This document shows, piece by piece, positions 20,041-30,300 of a stretch of DNA of 44,893 nucleotides. Under the pieces are notes generated by a model. The model was given only the letters and a program-made list of their open reading frames with translations, did not search any database and was not told where the DNA came from. The position numbers were made by a program, and so were the translations under genes. Numbering within the stretch: the stretch's first letter is position 1; the number at the start of each line of letters is the position of its first letter. Location of the stretch: positions 1 through 44,893 of the forward strand of contig JAUQVK010000069.1 in the NCBI GenBank assembly GCA_039794845.1. Direction: 5' to 3'. This DNA comes from Thermostichus sp. DRC_bins_24. Its GTDB lineage: Bacteria; Cyanobacteriota; Cyanobacteriia; Thermostichales; Thermostichaceae.

Positions 20041-20424
20041 ATGCGACTGTTCAACTACCTGATCTTGTTCACGGCCCTCCTGGCCATTGCTCTCTTCGCC
20101 ATGCAAAATGCCACCCCGGTTACGGTCACCTTTGCCCCTGGTGTTAGCATCGAAAGTCCTCTGGTGATGGAACTTCTGGCTGCCTCTGGCATCGGGGCCA
20201 CCCTTGCCTGGCTTTATAGCCTCTGGATGCGGGTACAGTTCACCCTCGAAGCCCGCGAAAAAAATCGCCAACTGCAGGAGAAAGAAGTCGCCATCACGGA
20301 ACTCAAAGAAATGGTGGTGGAGTTGGAAGGGAAAGTGAAGCAACTGCCCCCCAGCAAACGGGCCGAACCGCAGGAAGAGATCCAGGAGATAGCGGAAGTC
20401 GCCAGCGAGGGATCCCCGGCCTGA
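20041..20424 (+). CDS. LapA (lipopolysaccharide assembly protein A) family membrane protein
   Basis: Two TM helices around FAMQN followed by a coiled coil. GGAGA RBS. Confidence 0.75.
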   Translation: MRLFNYLILFTALLAIALFAMQNATPVTVTFAPGVSIESPLVMELLAASGIGATLAWLYSLWMRVQFTLEAREKNRQLQEKEVAITELKEMVVELEGKVKQLPPSKRAEPQEEIQEIAEVASEGSPA

Positions 20425-20530
20425 AGGGGCTTTGTCGAGAACGGGATGGCAGTGGGTTAGGATGGCCTACGGACTGTTGAGATAACATTGAACTTCCGTC
20501 CGTACGTCCTACTCAGCACACAACGTCCTT

Positions 20531-22213
20531 ATGCAGGTCACACAAGAAAAACGTCCTGGCAGCCGGGTTGGCCTCAAAATCGTGATAGAGGCCGACCAGG
20601 TGAAACGCTCCTACGAAAAAACCCTGCGTCAACTGGTGCAGAATGTCCAAGTTCATGGGTTTCGGAAGGGCAAGGCCCCCCGCAACATCGTCATGCGCCA
20701 GGTAGGTCGCGAGCGGGTCATGGCCAATGCCATTGATGACCTGATCAACGACGCCATTAAACAAGTCTTCCAACAAACCAAAATCGTCCCCCTCAGCCAA
20801 TTTGAGCTGGATGATGGGGTGGGGGATCTGTTGGCTCAGTTCAACCCCGAAACGGAGTTCAGCTTCTCGGGGTATGTGGAGGTTTACCCTGAGGCCAGGG
20901 TAGGCCAATACAAGGGGCTGACCGTTACCGTCACCCGTGCCGAGGTCAAACCCGAGCAGATCGATGAAGCCATCGATCGTTGGCGGGATCAGCGGGCTAC
21001 CCTCCTGCCTGTGGAAGATCGGCCCGCCCGGTTGGGGGATGTGGTGATGATCGACTTCAAGGCCCGCGATGCAGAGGGCAACCCCCTAGACGAGATTGCC
21101 ACCCAAGACTTCCAACTGGAGCTGAAGGAGGCCAACTTTATTCCGGGCTTTGTGGCGGGCATTGTTGGCATGGAGCTGGACGAAACCAAGGAAATTGAGG
21201 CCACTTTCCCCGAAGATTACTTTAAAGAAGAGTTGGCCGGCAAAAAGGCGACTTTTACCGTCAGCCTCAACGAGATCAAAACCAAAGAGCTGCCTGAGCT
21301 GGACGACGCCTTTGTGCAGGAGATCAGCAGCTTCCAAACCGTGGCCGAACTGCGGGAACACCTGCAAAAACGCCTGGAGCAAGATGCCCTCACCCAGTCG
21401 GAGAATAACCTAGAAACCGCCATCCTCAACGCCATTCTGGAAACCACCGAGGTGGATCTGCCCGAGACCCTGGTGCAACGAGAAACCAACCAACTGTTGG
21501 CCCAAAGTCTCAATTCCCTGCAACAACAGGGCATGCAGGTGGGGGATATCCGCAAGTTCCTGTCGCAGTTGCCCCCCGAGACCCTGAACAACCTGATGGA
21601 GCGCTATCGTCCGGAGGCCATCAATCGGCTGCGACGCACCTTGGCCCTGGCCACCATCATCCGCCAGGAACAAATTGCTGTGGGCTCCACCGAGCTGGAC
21701 CTGGAAGTGGAGGAGGTAATGGCCGCCTATGCTGAGCAGGGCACACGCTTGGATCCAGATCGGGCACGACGGGCCATCCACGAAGAGTTGCTCACCCAGA
21801 AGGCCATCGCCTGGTTAAAGTCTCAAACCACCGTCAACTGGGTGGATGATGAGGGCAACCCAACGGAGGCACCCAACTTTTCTGCTGTGGATGAAAAGGC
21901 TGAGGAGGTTGTTGAATCAACTGAATCACCCCCCGTAACAGTGCCAGAAGCGGAGTTCGGAGCAGATGAGCCCTCTGGGATCCCTGTAGAAGCAGACCCC
22001 CCCCCGGCTGAAGAAATGGTGGCTGCAGAAGAAATCCCTGCAGAGATAGCCCCAGAAGCAGCAGTTGAGAGAGCTGATGAGGAGATAACCGACTCGGAAC
22101 CTGCCCCTGCCGAAGCTGAAGCCGGTGCAGCTCCGGCTGCCGAGGAGACTGCCGCAGATGCGGAGCCCCCAGCAACTTCCAAACCCGGCAAAAAGGGCAA
22201 AAAAGGGAAGTAG
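20531..22213 (+). CDS. tig: Trigger factor
   Basis: GFRKGKAP signature, FKBP domain (FIPGF), C-domain, and an acidic C-terminal extension. Confidence 0.96.
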   Translation: MQVTQEKRPGSRVGLKIVIEADQVKRSYEKTLRQLVQNVQVHGFRKGKAPRNIVMRQVGRERVMANAIDDLINDAIKQVFQQTKIVPLSQFELDDGVGDLLAQFNPETEFSFSGYVEVYPEARVGQYKGLTVTVTRAEVKPEQIDEAIDRWRDQRATLLPVEDRPARLGDVVMIDFKARDAEGNPLDEIATQDFQLELKEANFIPGFVAGIVGMELDETKEIEATFPEDYFKEELAGKKATFTVSLNEIKTKELPELDDAFVQEISSFQTVAELREHLQKRLEQDALTQSENNLETAILNAILETTEVDLPETLVQRETNQLLAQSLNSLQQQGMQVGDIRKFLSQLPPETLNNLMERYRPEAINRLRRTLALATIIRQEQIAVGSTELDLEVEEVMAAYAEQGTRLDPDRARRAIHEELLTQKAIAWLKSQTTVNWVDDEGNPTEAPNFSAVDEKAEEVVESTESPPVTVPEAEFGADEPSGIPVEADPPPAEEMVAAEEIPAEIAPEAAVERADEEITDSEPAPAEAEAGAAPAAEETAADAEPPATSKPGKKGKKGK

Positions 22214-22374
22214 ACAGCCCTCGGGGGTTAGCCCTTGTTGACGGGAACTTGGATCTCGGCCACGTATCGGCTGGGATCCCGCCCACTTGCCTACGGGTGG
22301 ATTTCCCCTGTGGAGCCGAGCGTAGCCGTTTTATTCCCCCCTGCTCAGCCCCGGCTCCTCGAAGGATCGATTCC

Positions 22375-23736
22375 TCAGGAGGGAGTTGCCAGTCGGGTTT
22401 TTCCCGGGTTCATCAACCCATAGGGATCCATCCAGCGCTTCAAATCCAAAACATCCTGCACAGAAGCCCTCATCCCATCTTCGATGTAGTGGCTGTGGTT
22501 GTTGGAAAAGGTGATGCCGAGGGTGCGTTGATAGGCTTTGATCTCTTCCAACCGTTCTGGGGTGGAAAACTCCACCAACTCCAGCGAGGAGCACCCTGCC
22601 GTACCATTGCTCCGGAAAAACTCGATGTGCAACATCACCTCAGGCCCTTCGGGCCGCTGAAACTGCTCATGCACCTGTACAGCCGCTTGGATCCCGGTCT
22701 CTCCCCGAGGGAAACGAGCCGCAAGGTAAGTCAGATTGGGGTTAGCCGCTCGGGCATGTAGTGTCGTGTGGTTGATGGCGAATTCCGCCAGGGTTAATCC
22801 TTTGCTGGCCTCTTGTGGGGTTTTGCGGTAGCACACTTGCCCGCCCCACGCGCTGACCAGCTCCTGTAAAGGCTCCAGCGAAGGTTCTGCCACCATCACC
22901 AGCACACAATGGGATCCCTCTGGAATGGAACTTTTCAGGGCCGTGAAGTAGCTGGGGATTGGCCAGGCATGACAGCTGATCAGCTTTTTCACAATGCCAT
23001 CGCTTTCCGCCAAGGCTTGGGAAAACCGCATCAAGTTCTCAAACTCCGCAAAGCTGACGATCCACTCCGCCCAGGGGTACGCCGGAGCCAAGGGCAGCTC
23101 AACTTCCGTAACAATGCCGTTGAGACCCCAGCCATGATTCACGCCACGCAAGGCATCACCACGCAACTCCACCACCTGAGGCTCATCTTCCAGGGTAACC
23201 ACCTGAACGGCCAAGACATTGCCCCGTGCTGCCAAACCGCTGAACTGAATACCGCCAATGCCGCCGCTGCCTCCCGTCACAAAACCTCCCAAGGTTGCCG
23301 TTCGAAAGGTGGAGGGGATCATGCGCATTTCCCAGCCCATTTCTTTGGCCTTTCTATCCAAGGTGAGGGGCTTGACTCCCGCCTCAACACGGGCGGAGCC
23401 GGGTTTAATCCAACAAATGCGCTGCATCCGCGACAGATCCAAAACAATGCCGCCGTAAAGAGGGACGGCCTGGCCGTAATTGCCGGTGCCCGTACCCCGT
23501 GGGGTGATCGGGATCCGATGCTGAACGCAGGCTTTGGCCACCCGCAGCACCTGCTCCAGATGGGTGGGACAAACCACCAAGTCCGCTCGCTTTTGGGCCA
23601 GTTGGGCGGTGAGAATCGGGCTGAAGATGCTCCAGTCTTGGGAGAGTCTGGCCACCTGTGCCGGGTCGGTTACAAGGGGGATCCCGTCCAATTCCGCTTG
23701 AAAAGCTGACCAAGTTGAGGTTCCATCGAGGGCCAT
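22375..23736 (-). CDS. FAD-binding oxidoreductase (PCMH/VAO family)
   Basis: RGTGTGNYGQ, ATLGG and C-terminal DPYGLMNPGK. Confidence 0.88.
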   Translation of the reverse strand: MALDGTSTWSAFQAELDGIPLVTDPAQVARLSQDWSIFSPILTAQLAQKRADLVVCPTHLEQVLRVAKACVQHRIPITPRGTGTGNYGQAVPLYGGIVLDLSRMQRICWIKPGSARVEAGVKPLTLDRKAKEMGWEMRMIPSTFRTATLGGFVTGGSGGIGGIQFSGLAARGNVLAVQVVTLEDEPQVVELRGDALRGVNHGWGLNGIVTEVELPLAPAYPWAEWIVSFAEFENLMRFSQALAESDGIVKKLISCHAWPIPSYFTALKSSIPEGSHCVLVMVAEPSLEPLQELVSAWGGQVCYRKTPQEASKGLTLAEFAINHTTLHARAANPNLTYLAARFPRGETGIQAAVQVHEQFQRPEGPEVMLHIEFFRSNGTAGCSSLELVEFSTPERLEEIKAYQRTLGITFSNNHSHYIEDGMRASVQDVLDLKRWMDPYGLMNPGKTRLATPS

Positions 23737-23774
23737 AAGCAGTTGGCTCCGGGAGGTGAATGCCTGACAGGTGT

Positions 23775-23816
23775 ACGATAAGGAGTCCTATCTTCTGAAA
23801 GTGTTGTCTCAGTTAC
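23775..23816 (-). promoter_or_regulatory. Putative class II NtcA-activated promoter
   Basis: Minus strand GTA-ACTGAGAC-AAC, exactly 22 nt, then TATCGT. Consensus is GTA-N8-TAC-N22-TAN3T; one mismatch. Confidence 0.6.
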
Positions 23817-24110
23817 CTCCGATGAACCGACCTCAGGCTTAACCCGACAAATCCCGGCCTTCTTTTCGCTTCATCATCTGGCCTTTTGGTAGGGATTTGA
23901 GTAAGGATAGATGCAGTGAGGAGTGTGACTCACCCTCGGGTGGGGATGGTTGGTTATGGATCGCATTCAGGGGTTGGGGCATTTGCCCAGCTACTCCCTG
24001 CTGTCGGCTAAAAAATGGAACGTAGATATTCAAGCAAGAAGAGGCCAGGCAGCTTCTGCTGATTTGTTTGTGGGTTCGGGTTCCCGCCATTTCCCAGTCT
24101 GTGGGAGAGG

Positions 24111-26042
24111 ATGAGTCACATCATGCCACGACGGGTTTCTCCTACGCCGCCATCTTTGCCTGTGCTGAGTGCCCTGTTGCTGGCTCTCTCCGCCTGCGGC
24201 AATCTTTCTTCTACCTATTCCCCCAATGTTGCCCCTCCCTCTGCTCTGCAGCCAGTCTTAACCCCCATTCCATCTCCCCCTGTAGCCGATGCTCTAACCC
24301 TGCAGCAGGCGCGTCAGTCTGGTCTATCGGTGCCGGATAACCGCATTGTGCTGTTGCTCCGAGAGCAGGGATCCGACTTGGTGGCACAGCTTCCAGCTGC
24401 AGAAGTGGATCGTTGGCTGGCTCGCAACTCCGAGTGGCCTGGGGTGGAAGGGATCGACCTAAGCATTACCCGTGGCTCCTATCGCCAAACTGCCACCGCC
24501 ACCCTGCGCCAAGGGCAACCCGCCACCTTTACCTTTACCAATCCTCCCGCCGGGGAAGCGGAGCTAAGTGCCGTCGCCTACCGGGGGTCAACCACCTTGG
24601 CCCAAGGAAGGGGATCCCTGACCCTTTCTGCTCGCTCCGGCGGTTCCGGGGGTAGCATCAGCAGCGGTGCCAATCGCCGCCTTTCCCTGTTGGTGCTCTC
24701 GGAGGTGAGCGTGCCTCTACTTCATGCAAACGCTCCAGAACTGACCCCTGGGCAACCGTTGCAGCTCTCCGGCGAGAACCTGGACCGGGTAGAAGCCGTT
24801 CTCTTTGCTCCGGCCACCGGCCCCAATCGACCCCTGAAGGGGGAAATCCGCTCCCGCAGTGATGGCCGCCTGACGGTCATGCCCCCTTCTTCCCTGTCGG
24901 GTTCCGTCTGGGTTGCCCTGGCGGATGCCTCGGGCCACGGGTTGGGTACGCTTGTCCTCGACTGGCCTGTGACCACCCCTTCCCCCAGTCCTTCCCCCAC
25001 GCCTACCGCCACAGGAGCGCCAGCCTGGATGGTGGAAACGTTACCCATCAGCAGCACTTCTGTCTCTAACGCCGGCACAGAATCCACGATCTCGGTACAA
25101 GCCATCAGCGGTATGGCCGTGGATCCTGAGGGGTATTTTTACCTGGCAGATGCAGCCCAGAACCTGATTTTTCGTCTGTCTCCCGAGGGTGAGCTAGAGG
25201 TTTGGGCGGGAAACGGCAGGGCTGGCCATCAGGATGGAGCCGCCGACCAGGCCCAATTTGACGCACCGCAGGGGCTACTCTGGGATCCCGAGGGGGGATT
25301 GTGGGTGGCCGACAGTGGCAACCATTGCCTACGCCATATCGACAGCCAACAACAGGTGACCACCTTTGCCGGCAGCTGTGTGGCCGGATACCGCGACGGG
25401 GATCCCTCACAGGCCCAGTTTCGCACACCGGTTGGGTTAGCCCTGGGACCAGATGGCAGCCTGTACGTGGCCGACCGCGCCGATCACCGCATTCGACGCA
25501 TTACCCCCGAAGGAGAAGTGACCACCGTAGCCGGGACGGGTCAGGCGGGATCCGCCGATGGGCCCGCGGAACAAGCGCAGTTGTCTCAACCCACAGCCTT
25601 GGTGGTAGAAGCGAGCGGACGCATTTGGATCGCTGACCAGGGCAACCACCGCATTCGAGTTCTCTCTCCGAACGGGCAACTGACCACCTTATCGGGGCAG
25701 GGGGCGGGCTATGCGGATGGCCCGCTCGAGGAGGCCCGCTTTCAGTTCCCCAGTGGCTTGGCCCTGGATACCGCCGGGATCCTCTGGGTGGCCGATCGGG
25801 AAAACCACCGCATTCGTCGCCTCAACCCCAGAGGGCAGGTCTCTACCTTGGCCGGCCAAAATGAGCCCGGCTGGCAAGATGGCCCCGCTGCCCAGGCGCG
25901 CTTTAACCAGCCCTCGGTTCTGGCCCTGTTGCCGGATGGCAGTGTCGTGGTGGCAGATGCCGGAGTACAGGGGTTGCGTCGTCTCAGCCTTGTCCCCACG
26001 GTGCCGGCCACTCCCCCACCGCTGGGATCCCTTCAGTCCTAA
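24111..26042 (+). CDS. NHL-repeat lipoprotein with an IPT/TIG-like domain
   Basis: Lipobox LSAC, GQPLQLSGENL IPT-like segment, Pro/Thr linker, six repeats of the type PxG...vAD..NHRIR...GxxDG. Confidence 0.85.
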   Translation: MSHIMPRRVSPTPPSLPVLSALLLALSACGNLSSTYSPNVAPPSALQPVLTPIPSPPVADALTLQQARQSGLSVPDNRIVLLLREQGSDLVAQLPAAEVDRWLARNSEWPGVEGIDLSITRGSYRQTATATLRQGQPATFTFTNPPAGEAELSAVAYRGSTTLAQGRGSLTLSARSGGSGGSISSGANRRLSLLVLSEVSVPLLHANAPELTPGQPLQLSGENLDRVEAVLFAPATGPNRPLKGEIRSRSDGRLTVMPPSSLSGSVWVALADASGHGLGTLVLDWPVTTPSPSPSPTPTATGAPAWMVETLPISSTSVSNAGTESTISVQAISGMAVDPEGYFYLADAAQNLIFRLSPEGELEVWAGNGRAGHQDGAADQAQFDAPQGLLWDPEGGLWVADSGNHCLRHIDSQQQVTTFAGSCVAGYRDGDPSQAQFRTPVGLALGPDGSLYVADRADHRIRRITPEGEVTTVAGTGQAGSADGPAEQAQLSQPTALVVEASGRIWIADQGNHRIRVLSPNGQLTTLSGQGAGYADGPLEEARFQFPSGLALDTAGILWVADRENHRIRRLNPRGQVSTLAGQNEPGWQDGPAAQARFNQPSVLALLPDGSVVVADAGVQGLRRLSLVPTVPATPPPLGSLQS

Positions 26043-26135
26043 GGGGGGCTCATCTCTATCTATCGCCGAGAAAGCCCATCCTGGCTAGAATATCGCCGCT
26101 GCCCAGTGGGCCAGGGTCTGGCCCCCCAACGATCG

Positions 26136-27617
26136 ATGGAGACCGAGGGCCCCCTTATGCTGCCCCAGCAGATGCCTAGATCCCGAACCTACGCTGTTCC
26201 CAAGCCCTTCTCAAAGCAGACGCTCAAAGCTCAGGTGGAACAGCTGCTCCAGGAGCCCTGGCTGGAATTCTTGCTGATGGCTCTCATTGTGGCTTCAGTG
26301 CTGCTGGTGGTGGCAGAAGCCGAACTGAGCCGCACCGACCTGGGGCAGCCTCTGCAATGGTTGGGGGATGGGATCAACGGCCTGTTCATTCTGGAGTTGT
26401 CTCTACGCTATTGGGTTGCCAATCGCAAACGGCGCTTTTGGCAAAACTACTGGCTGGATATTCTTTCGGTGGTGCCCCTCTGGCGAGGGCTGCGGCTGCT
26501 GCGCTTGTTGCGGCTGCTGCGCTTAGGGGTTTTGCTCAATCGTCGCCTCAGTCGGCGTGGGGGGCCACTGTCCACCAGCCTCAGCTTGCAGATCGGCGTT
26601 TTCTTGGTCATTGGTCTAATTCTGATCGGCGGCACCTTGGCCATTTACCAATTTGAAGGGGATCCCGCCGGGGCCTTTTCCAACCTCAACGAAGCCTTCT
26701 GGTGGAGCGTCTTCACCATGATTGCCGCAGAGCCGATCGGGGCGGAAGCCAGCACCAGTGCAGGACGACTGGTCACCTTGGTGGTGACCTTGAGCGGTCT
26801 CACCATGTTCGCCGTCTTGACGGGGATCGTCTCGGCAGTGATGATCGAGCGGCTGAGGGAGGCACTAGAGGTACGCTTGATGGAGCTAGACGAGCTACGC
26901 GGGCACATCGTCATCTGTGGCTGGAATCGTGGTGGCCACTTGGTGATCGAAGAGTTGCAATCGGACGCGAAACTGCGGGACTGCCCAATTGTAATCGTGG
27001 CGGAGTTTGTGGAAATGCCCGAGCGAGAGCTGCGCAAGGTGGATCGCTCCAACCTCTATTTCCACACCGGCGACTACACCGCGCTGGATGTGCTGGAGAG
27101 CATTGGCATTCGGCAGGCCAGTCAGGCGATTTTGCTGGCGGATTCCACGCGCCCCCGCAGCGACCAGGACCGCGATGCCCGCACCGTGCTAGCCGCCCTC
27201 ACCATTGAAAAGCTCAACCCCAGCATTCACACCTGTGCCCAATTGCTGGATCGCAAAAACGATGTGCAAATGCGGGTTGCCGGTGTGGAAGATGTGGTGG
27301 TCGGCGATGAAATGACCAGCCACCTGATCGCCACCTCCACGCGCAACCGCGGCCTCACAGACATCTTGTCGGAACTGCTGACGGTGCAGATCGGCAACCA
27401 ATTTTACAAGGTGCCTTTGCCGAAAGCCTGGGCGGGGCTCACCTTCGCCCAGGGATCCCTGCGAGCCAAACAAGATTTTGATGGCATCTTGCTCGCCGTA
27501 GAACGCCGCCAAGGGGGATCCCGCACCTCCCTGGTCAACCCCCCCGCCGATACCGAGCTGCTGGAGGGCGACTTGATCGTGGTGATTGCCCGCCAAGCCC
27601 CTCCTGTCCAAAGCTAG
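26136..27617 (+). CDS. Voltage-gated-type ion channel with a C-terminal RCK (TrkA) domain
   Basis: S4 RGLRLLRLLRLLR, pore helix EAFWWSVFTM, RCK HIVICGWN...DARTVL. Start uncertain. Confidence 0.85.
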   Translation: METEGPLMLPQQMPRSRTYAVPKPFSKQTLKAQVEQLLQEPWLEFLLMALIVASVLLVVAEAELSRTDLGQPLQWLGDGINGLFILELSLRYWVANRKRRFWQNYWLDILSVVPLWRGLRLLRLLRLLRLGVLLNRRLSRRGGPLSTSLSLQIGVFLVIGLILIGGTLAIYQFEGDPAGAFSNLNEAFWWSVFTMIAAEPIGAEASTSAGRLVTLVVTLSGLTMFAVLTGIVSAVMIERLREALEVRLMELDELRGHIVICGWNRGGHLVIEELQSDAKLRDCPIVIVAEFVEMPERELRKVDRSNLYFHTGDYTALDVLESIGIRQASQAILLADSTRPRSDQDRDARTVLAALTIEKLNPSIHTCAQLLDRKNDVQMRVAGVEDVVVGDEMTSHLIATSTRNRGLTDILSELLTVQIGNQFYKVPLPKAWAGLTFAQGSLRAKQDFDGILLAVERRQGGSRTSLVNPPADTELLEGDLIVVIARQAPPVQS

Positions 27618-27645
27618 TCCAAAGCTCAAGGAAGCCCACCCCAGA

Positions 27646-29049
27646 CTACAGGAGCGTTCGCACATCAACAATCTTGCCGCTGACCGCCGCTGCTGCCACC
27701 ATAGCCGGGCTCATCAACAGCGTGCGTCCACTGGCGGATCCCTGACGACCCTTAAAATTGCGGTTCGACGAAGAGGCGCTCAGTTGGCGACCCACCAACT
27801 TGTCAGGGTTCATGGCCAAACACATGGAACATCCCGGATCCCGCCACTCAAACCCCGCCGCCTGAAAGATCTCGTGAAGCCCCTCTTGTTCCGCCTGCTG
27901 TTTTACCTGTTCCGACCCGGGCACCACGAAGGCTTTGATCCCTGCTGCCACCTGCCGACCTTTGGCAATCTTAGCGGCCTCCCGCAGGTCACTCAAGCGG
28001 CCATTGGTACAACTGCCGATGAAGCACACATCCACCGGTGTCCCCAAAATTGGCTGACCGGGTTCCAGATCCATATAGGCATAGGCTTCTCGGGCCAAAA
28101 CCCGCTCACCCTCCGGCAGCTCTTCCGGCGCCGGGATCCGCTCATCCACCCCGATGCCCTGACCGGGAGTGATTCCCCAAGTGACGGTTGGAGCAATATC
28201 TGCCGCCTCAAACACCACCACATCGTCGTACACAGCATCGCTATCGCTGGCTAAGCTCTGCCACCAAGCCACTGCCTCCTTCCAAACCTCCCCCCGAGGG
28301 GCAAAGTCTCGTCCTTGCAAATACTCAAACGTCACCGCATCCGGGTTGACATAGCCACAGCGGGCCCCCCCCTCAATCGACATATTGCAGAGGGTCATGC
28401 GCTCTTCCATACTCATGTGCTCGATGGTGCTCCCCCCATACTCGTAGGCATAGCCCACCCCACCTTTCACCCCCAACTTGCGGATGATGTGCAGGATCAC
28501 ATCTTTGGCGTATACACCGGGGCCAAGGCGACCGTTGACCTCAATGCGGCGCACCTTCAGCTTAGAGAGGGTAAGGGTTTGGCTGGCCAACACATCCCGC
28601 ACTTGACTGGTGCCAATACCAAAGGCAATCGCGCCAAAGGCTCCATGGGTAGAGGTGTGACTATCGCCGCAGGCAATGGTCATCCCCGGCTGTGTCAGGC
28701 CCTGCTCCGGGGCGATTACATGCACCACCCCCTGCCGACCCGAGCCGCTGTTGTAGAAGCGAATGCCGTAGTCCCGGCAGTTGCGCTCCAGCTCTTGAAG
28801 CATCTCTTCTGCCAAGGGATCCGCAAAAGGCCGGGCCAGATTGTCGGTGGGAATGATGTGATCGACAGTAGCAACCGTACGCTCCGGGAAAAGCACGGGC
28901 AGATGGCGTTCCCGCAGCATGGCAAAGGCCTGAGGACTGGTGACCTCGTGGATCAGGTGCAGGCCGATGAACAGTTGCGTCTGTCCAGAAGGCAAAATAC
29001 GCACGGTGTGAGCATCCCACACCTTATCGAATAACGTCCTTTCGCTCAT
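27646..29049 (-). CDS. leuC: 3-isopropylmalate dehydratase large subunit
   Basis: [48 protein letters not shown]. Confidence 0.98.
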   Translation of the reverse strand: MSERTLFDKVWDAHTVRILPSGQTQLFIGLHLIHEVTSPQAFAMLRERHLPVLFPERTVATVDHIIPTDNLARPFADPLAEEMLQELERNCRDYGIRFYNSGSGRQGVVHVIAPEQGLTQPGMTIACGDSHTSTHGAFGAIAFGIGTSQVRDVLASQTLTLSKLKVRRIEVNGRLGPGVYAKDVILHIIRKLGVKGGVGYAYEYGGSTIEHMSMEERMTLCNMSIEGGARCGYVNPDAVTFEYLQGRDFAPRGEVWKEAVAWWQSLASDSDAVYDDVVVFEAADIAPTVTWGITPGQGIGVDERIPAPEELPEGERVLAREAYAYMDLEPGQPILGTPVDVCFIGSCTNGRLSDLREAAKIAKGRQVAAGIKAFVVPGSEQVKQQAEQEGLHEIFQAAGFEWRDPGCSMCLAMNPDKLVGRQLSASSSNRNFKGRQGSASGRTLLMSPAMVAAAAVSGKIVDVRTLL

Positions 29050-29263
29050 CCTTCCCCCCTCCTCTGAGCTCCGACACCCTTGACACCAATTTCTGCAGAC
29101 TTCCGATCGATTGATAGATTCCCAATGTCATCTTCGGTTGGAAGCTTGTCAAGCCAGTATGGGATCCCAGAGCCTTCCAGAATCATTTTGCCTGTCGTAA
29201 CCCGCCGGCGTAGCTTCTCGAGCGAACCGTTTGCTAACCTCTTCAAGAGTTTCCTTAAAGTGC

Positions 29264-30271
29264 ATGAAAGCGATTGTCGTTACCGAATTCGGCGATCCGG
29301 AAGTATTGGTTCTGCGGGATCTGCCCGAGCCTGATATTCAAGCCCCCAACGAGGTAAAAATCCAGCTGCGGGCCGCCAGCGTTAACCCCATTGACACCAA
29401 GCTGCGGCAGCGGGGCACCTTTTATCCGGATCGGGGGGCGGCGATCTTGGGGTGTGATGGAGCCGGGGTGGTGGTTGCTGTGGGTTCGGCAGTGCAGCGA
29501 TTTCAGGTGGGGGACGAGGTGTATTTTTGCTACGGTGGCTTGGGGGATCGGGGGGGCTGCTACGCTGAGTACACGGTTGTCCCTGAAGTAGCCCTTGCCC
29601 ACAAGCCGAAGTCTTTGTCTTTCATTCAGGCTGCAGCCCTACCCCTGGCGATCATCACTGCCTGGGAAGCCTTGGGGGATCGAGGCGACCCCGTATTTCC
29701 CAAAGCCAACCCTAAGACCCTCCTGGTTCACGCCGGGGCAGGAGGTGTGGGGCATCTGGCAATTCAACTGGCACGACAATCCGGGGCGGCTGTGGCCACC
29801 ACCGTTGGCTCTAAAGCCAAGGCCCAATTCGTAGAACGGTTGGGTGCCACCTTAGCCATCCACTACAAGACGGATAACTGGGTGGAGGCGGTACTCGACT
29901 GGACCGCAGGTCAGGGGGTGGATTTCGCCCTTGATACCGTTGGTGGCGCCACCCTCGGCCAAACCTTTCAGGTGCTGCGTCCTTACGGCCGCCTCTGTAC
30001 CCTCCTCGAACCGGCTCCAGACACCCCTTGGAAGGTAGCTCGCCAGCGCAACTTGGACATTCAATTTACCCTGATGCTCACACCCCAACTGATGAATCTT
30101 CCCACCGCCCTGGCCCATCAAGGATGGATTCTGCAACAGGTGGCGGCCCTGGTGGATGGGGGCAAATTGCGGGTGGTGGTAGACAAAACCTTTCCCTTGG
30201 GGGCTGCAGCCGATGCCCACTACTACCTCAGCCAACGGTTGGTGCAGGGGAAGGTGGTGTTGATCCCCTAG
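29264..30271 (+). CDS. MDR-family NADPH:quinone oxidoreductase-like protein
   Basis: SVNPID, ILGCDGAG, HAGAGGVG Rossmann motif, GKVVL end. Confidence 0.88.
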   Translation: MKAIVVTEFGDPEVLVLRDLPEPDIQAPNEVKIQLRAASVNPIDTKLRQRGTFYPDRGAAILGCDGAGVVVAVGSAVQRFQVGDEVYFCYGGLGDRGGCYAEYTVVPEVALAHKPKSLSFIQAAALPLAIITAWEALGDRGDPVFPKANPKTLLVHAGAGGVGHLAIQLARQSGAAVATTVGSKAKAQFVERLGATLAIHYKTDNWVEAVLDWTAGQGVDFALDTVGGATLGQTFQVLRPYGRLCTLLEPAPDTPWKVARQRNLDIQFTLMLTPQLMNLPTALAHQGWILQQVAALVDGGKLRVVVDKTFPLGAAADAHYYLSQRLVQGKVVLIP

Positions 30272-30300
30272 GGTTCAACGCTGCTGCTGGGGCAAACTCG

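Noticed and set aside
22375..23736. FAD oxidoreductase as glcD or glcE
   Set aside because: Lacks the C-terminal GEHG motif typical of GlcD and is unlinked to glcF; the family-level call is kept.
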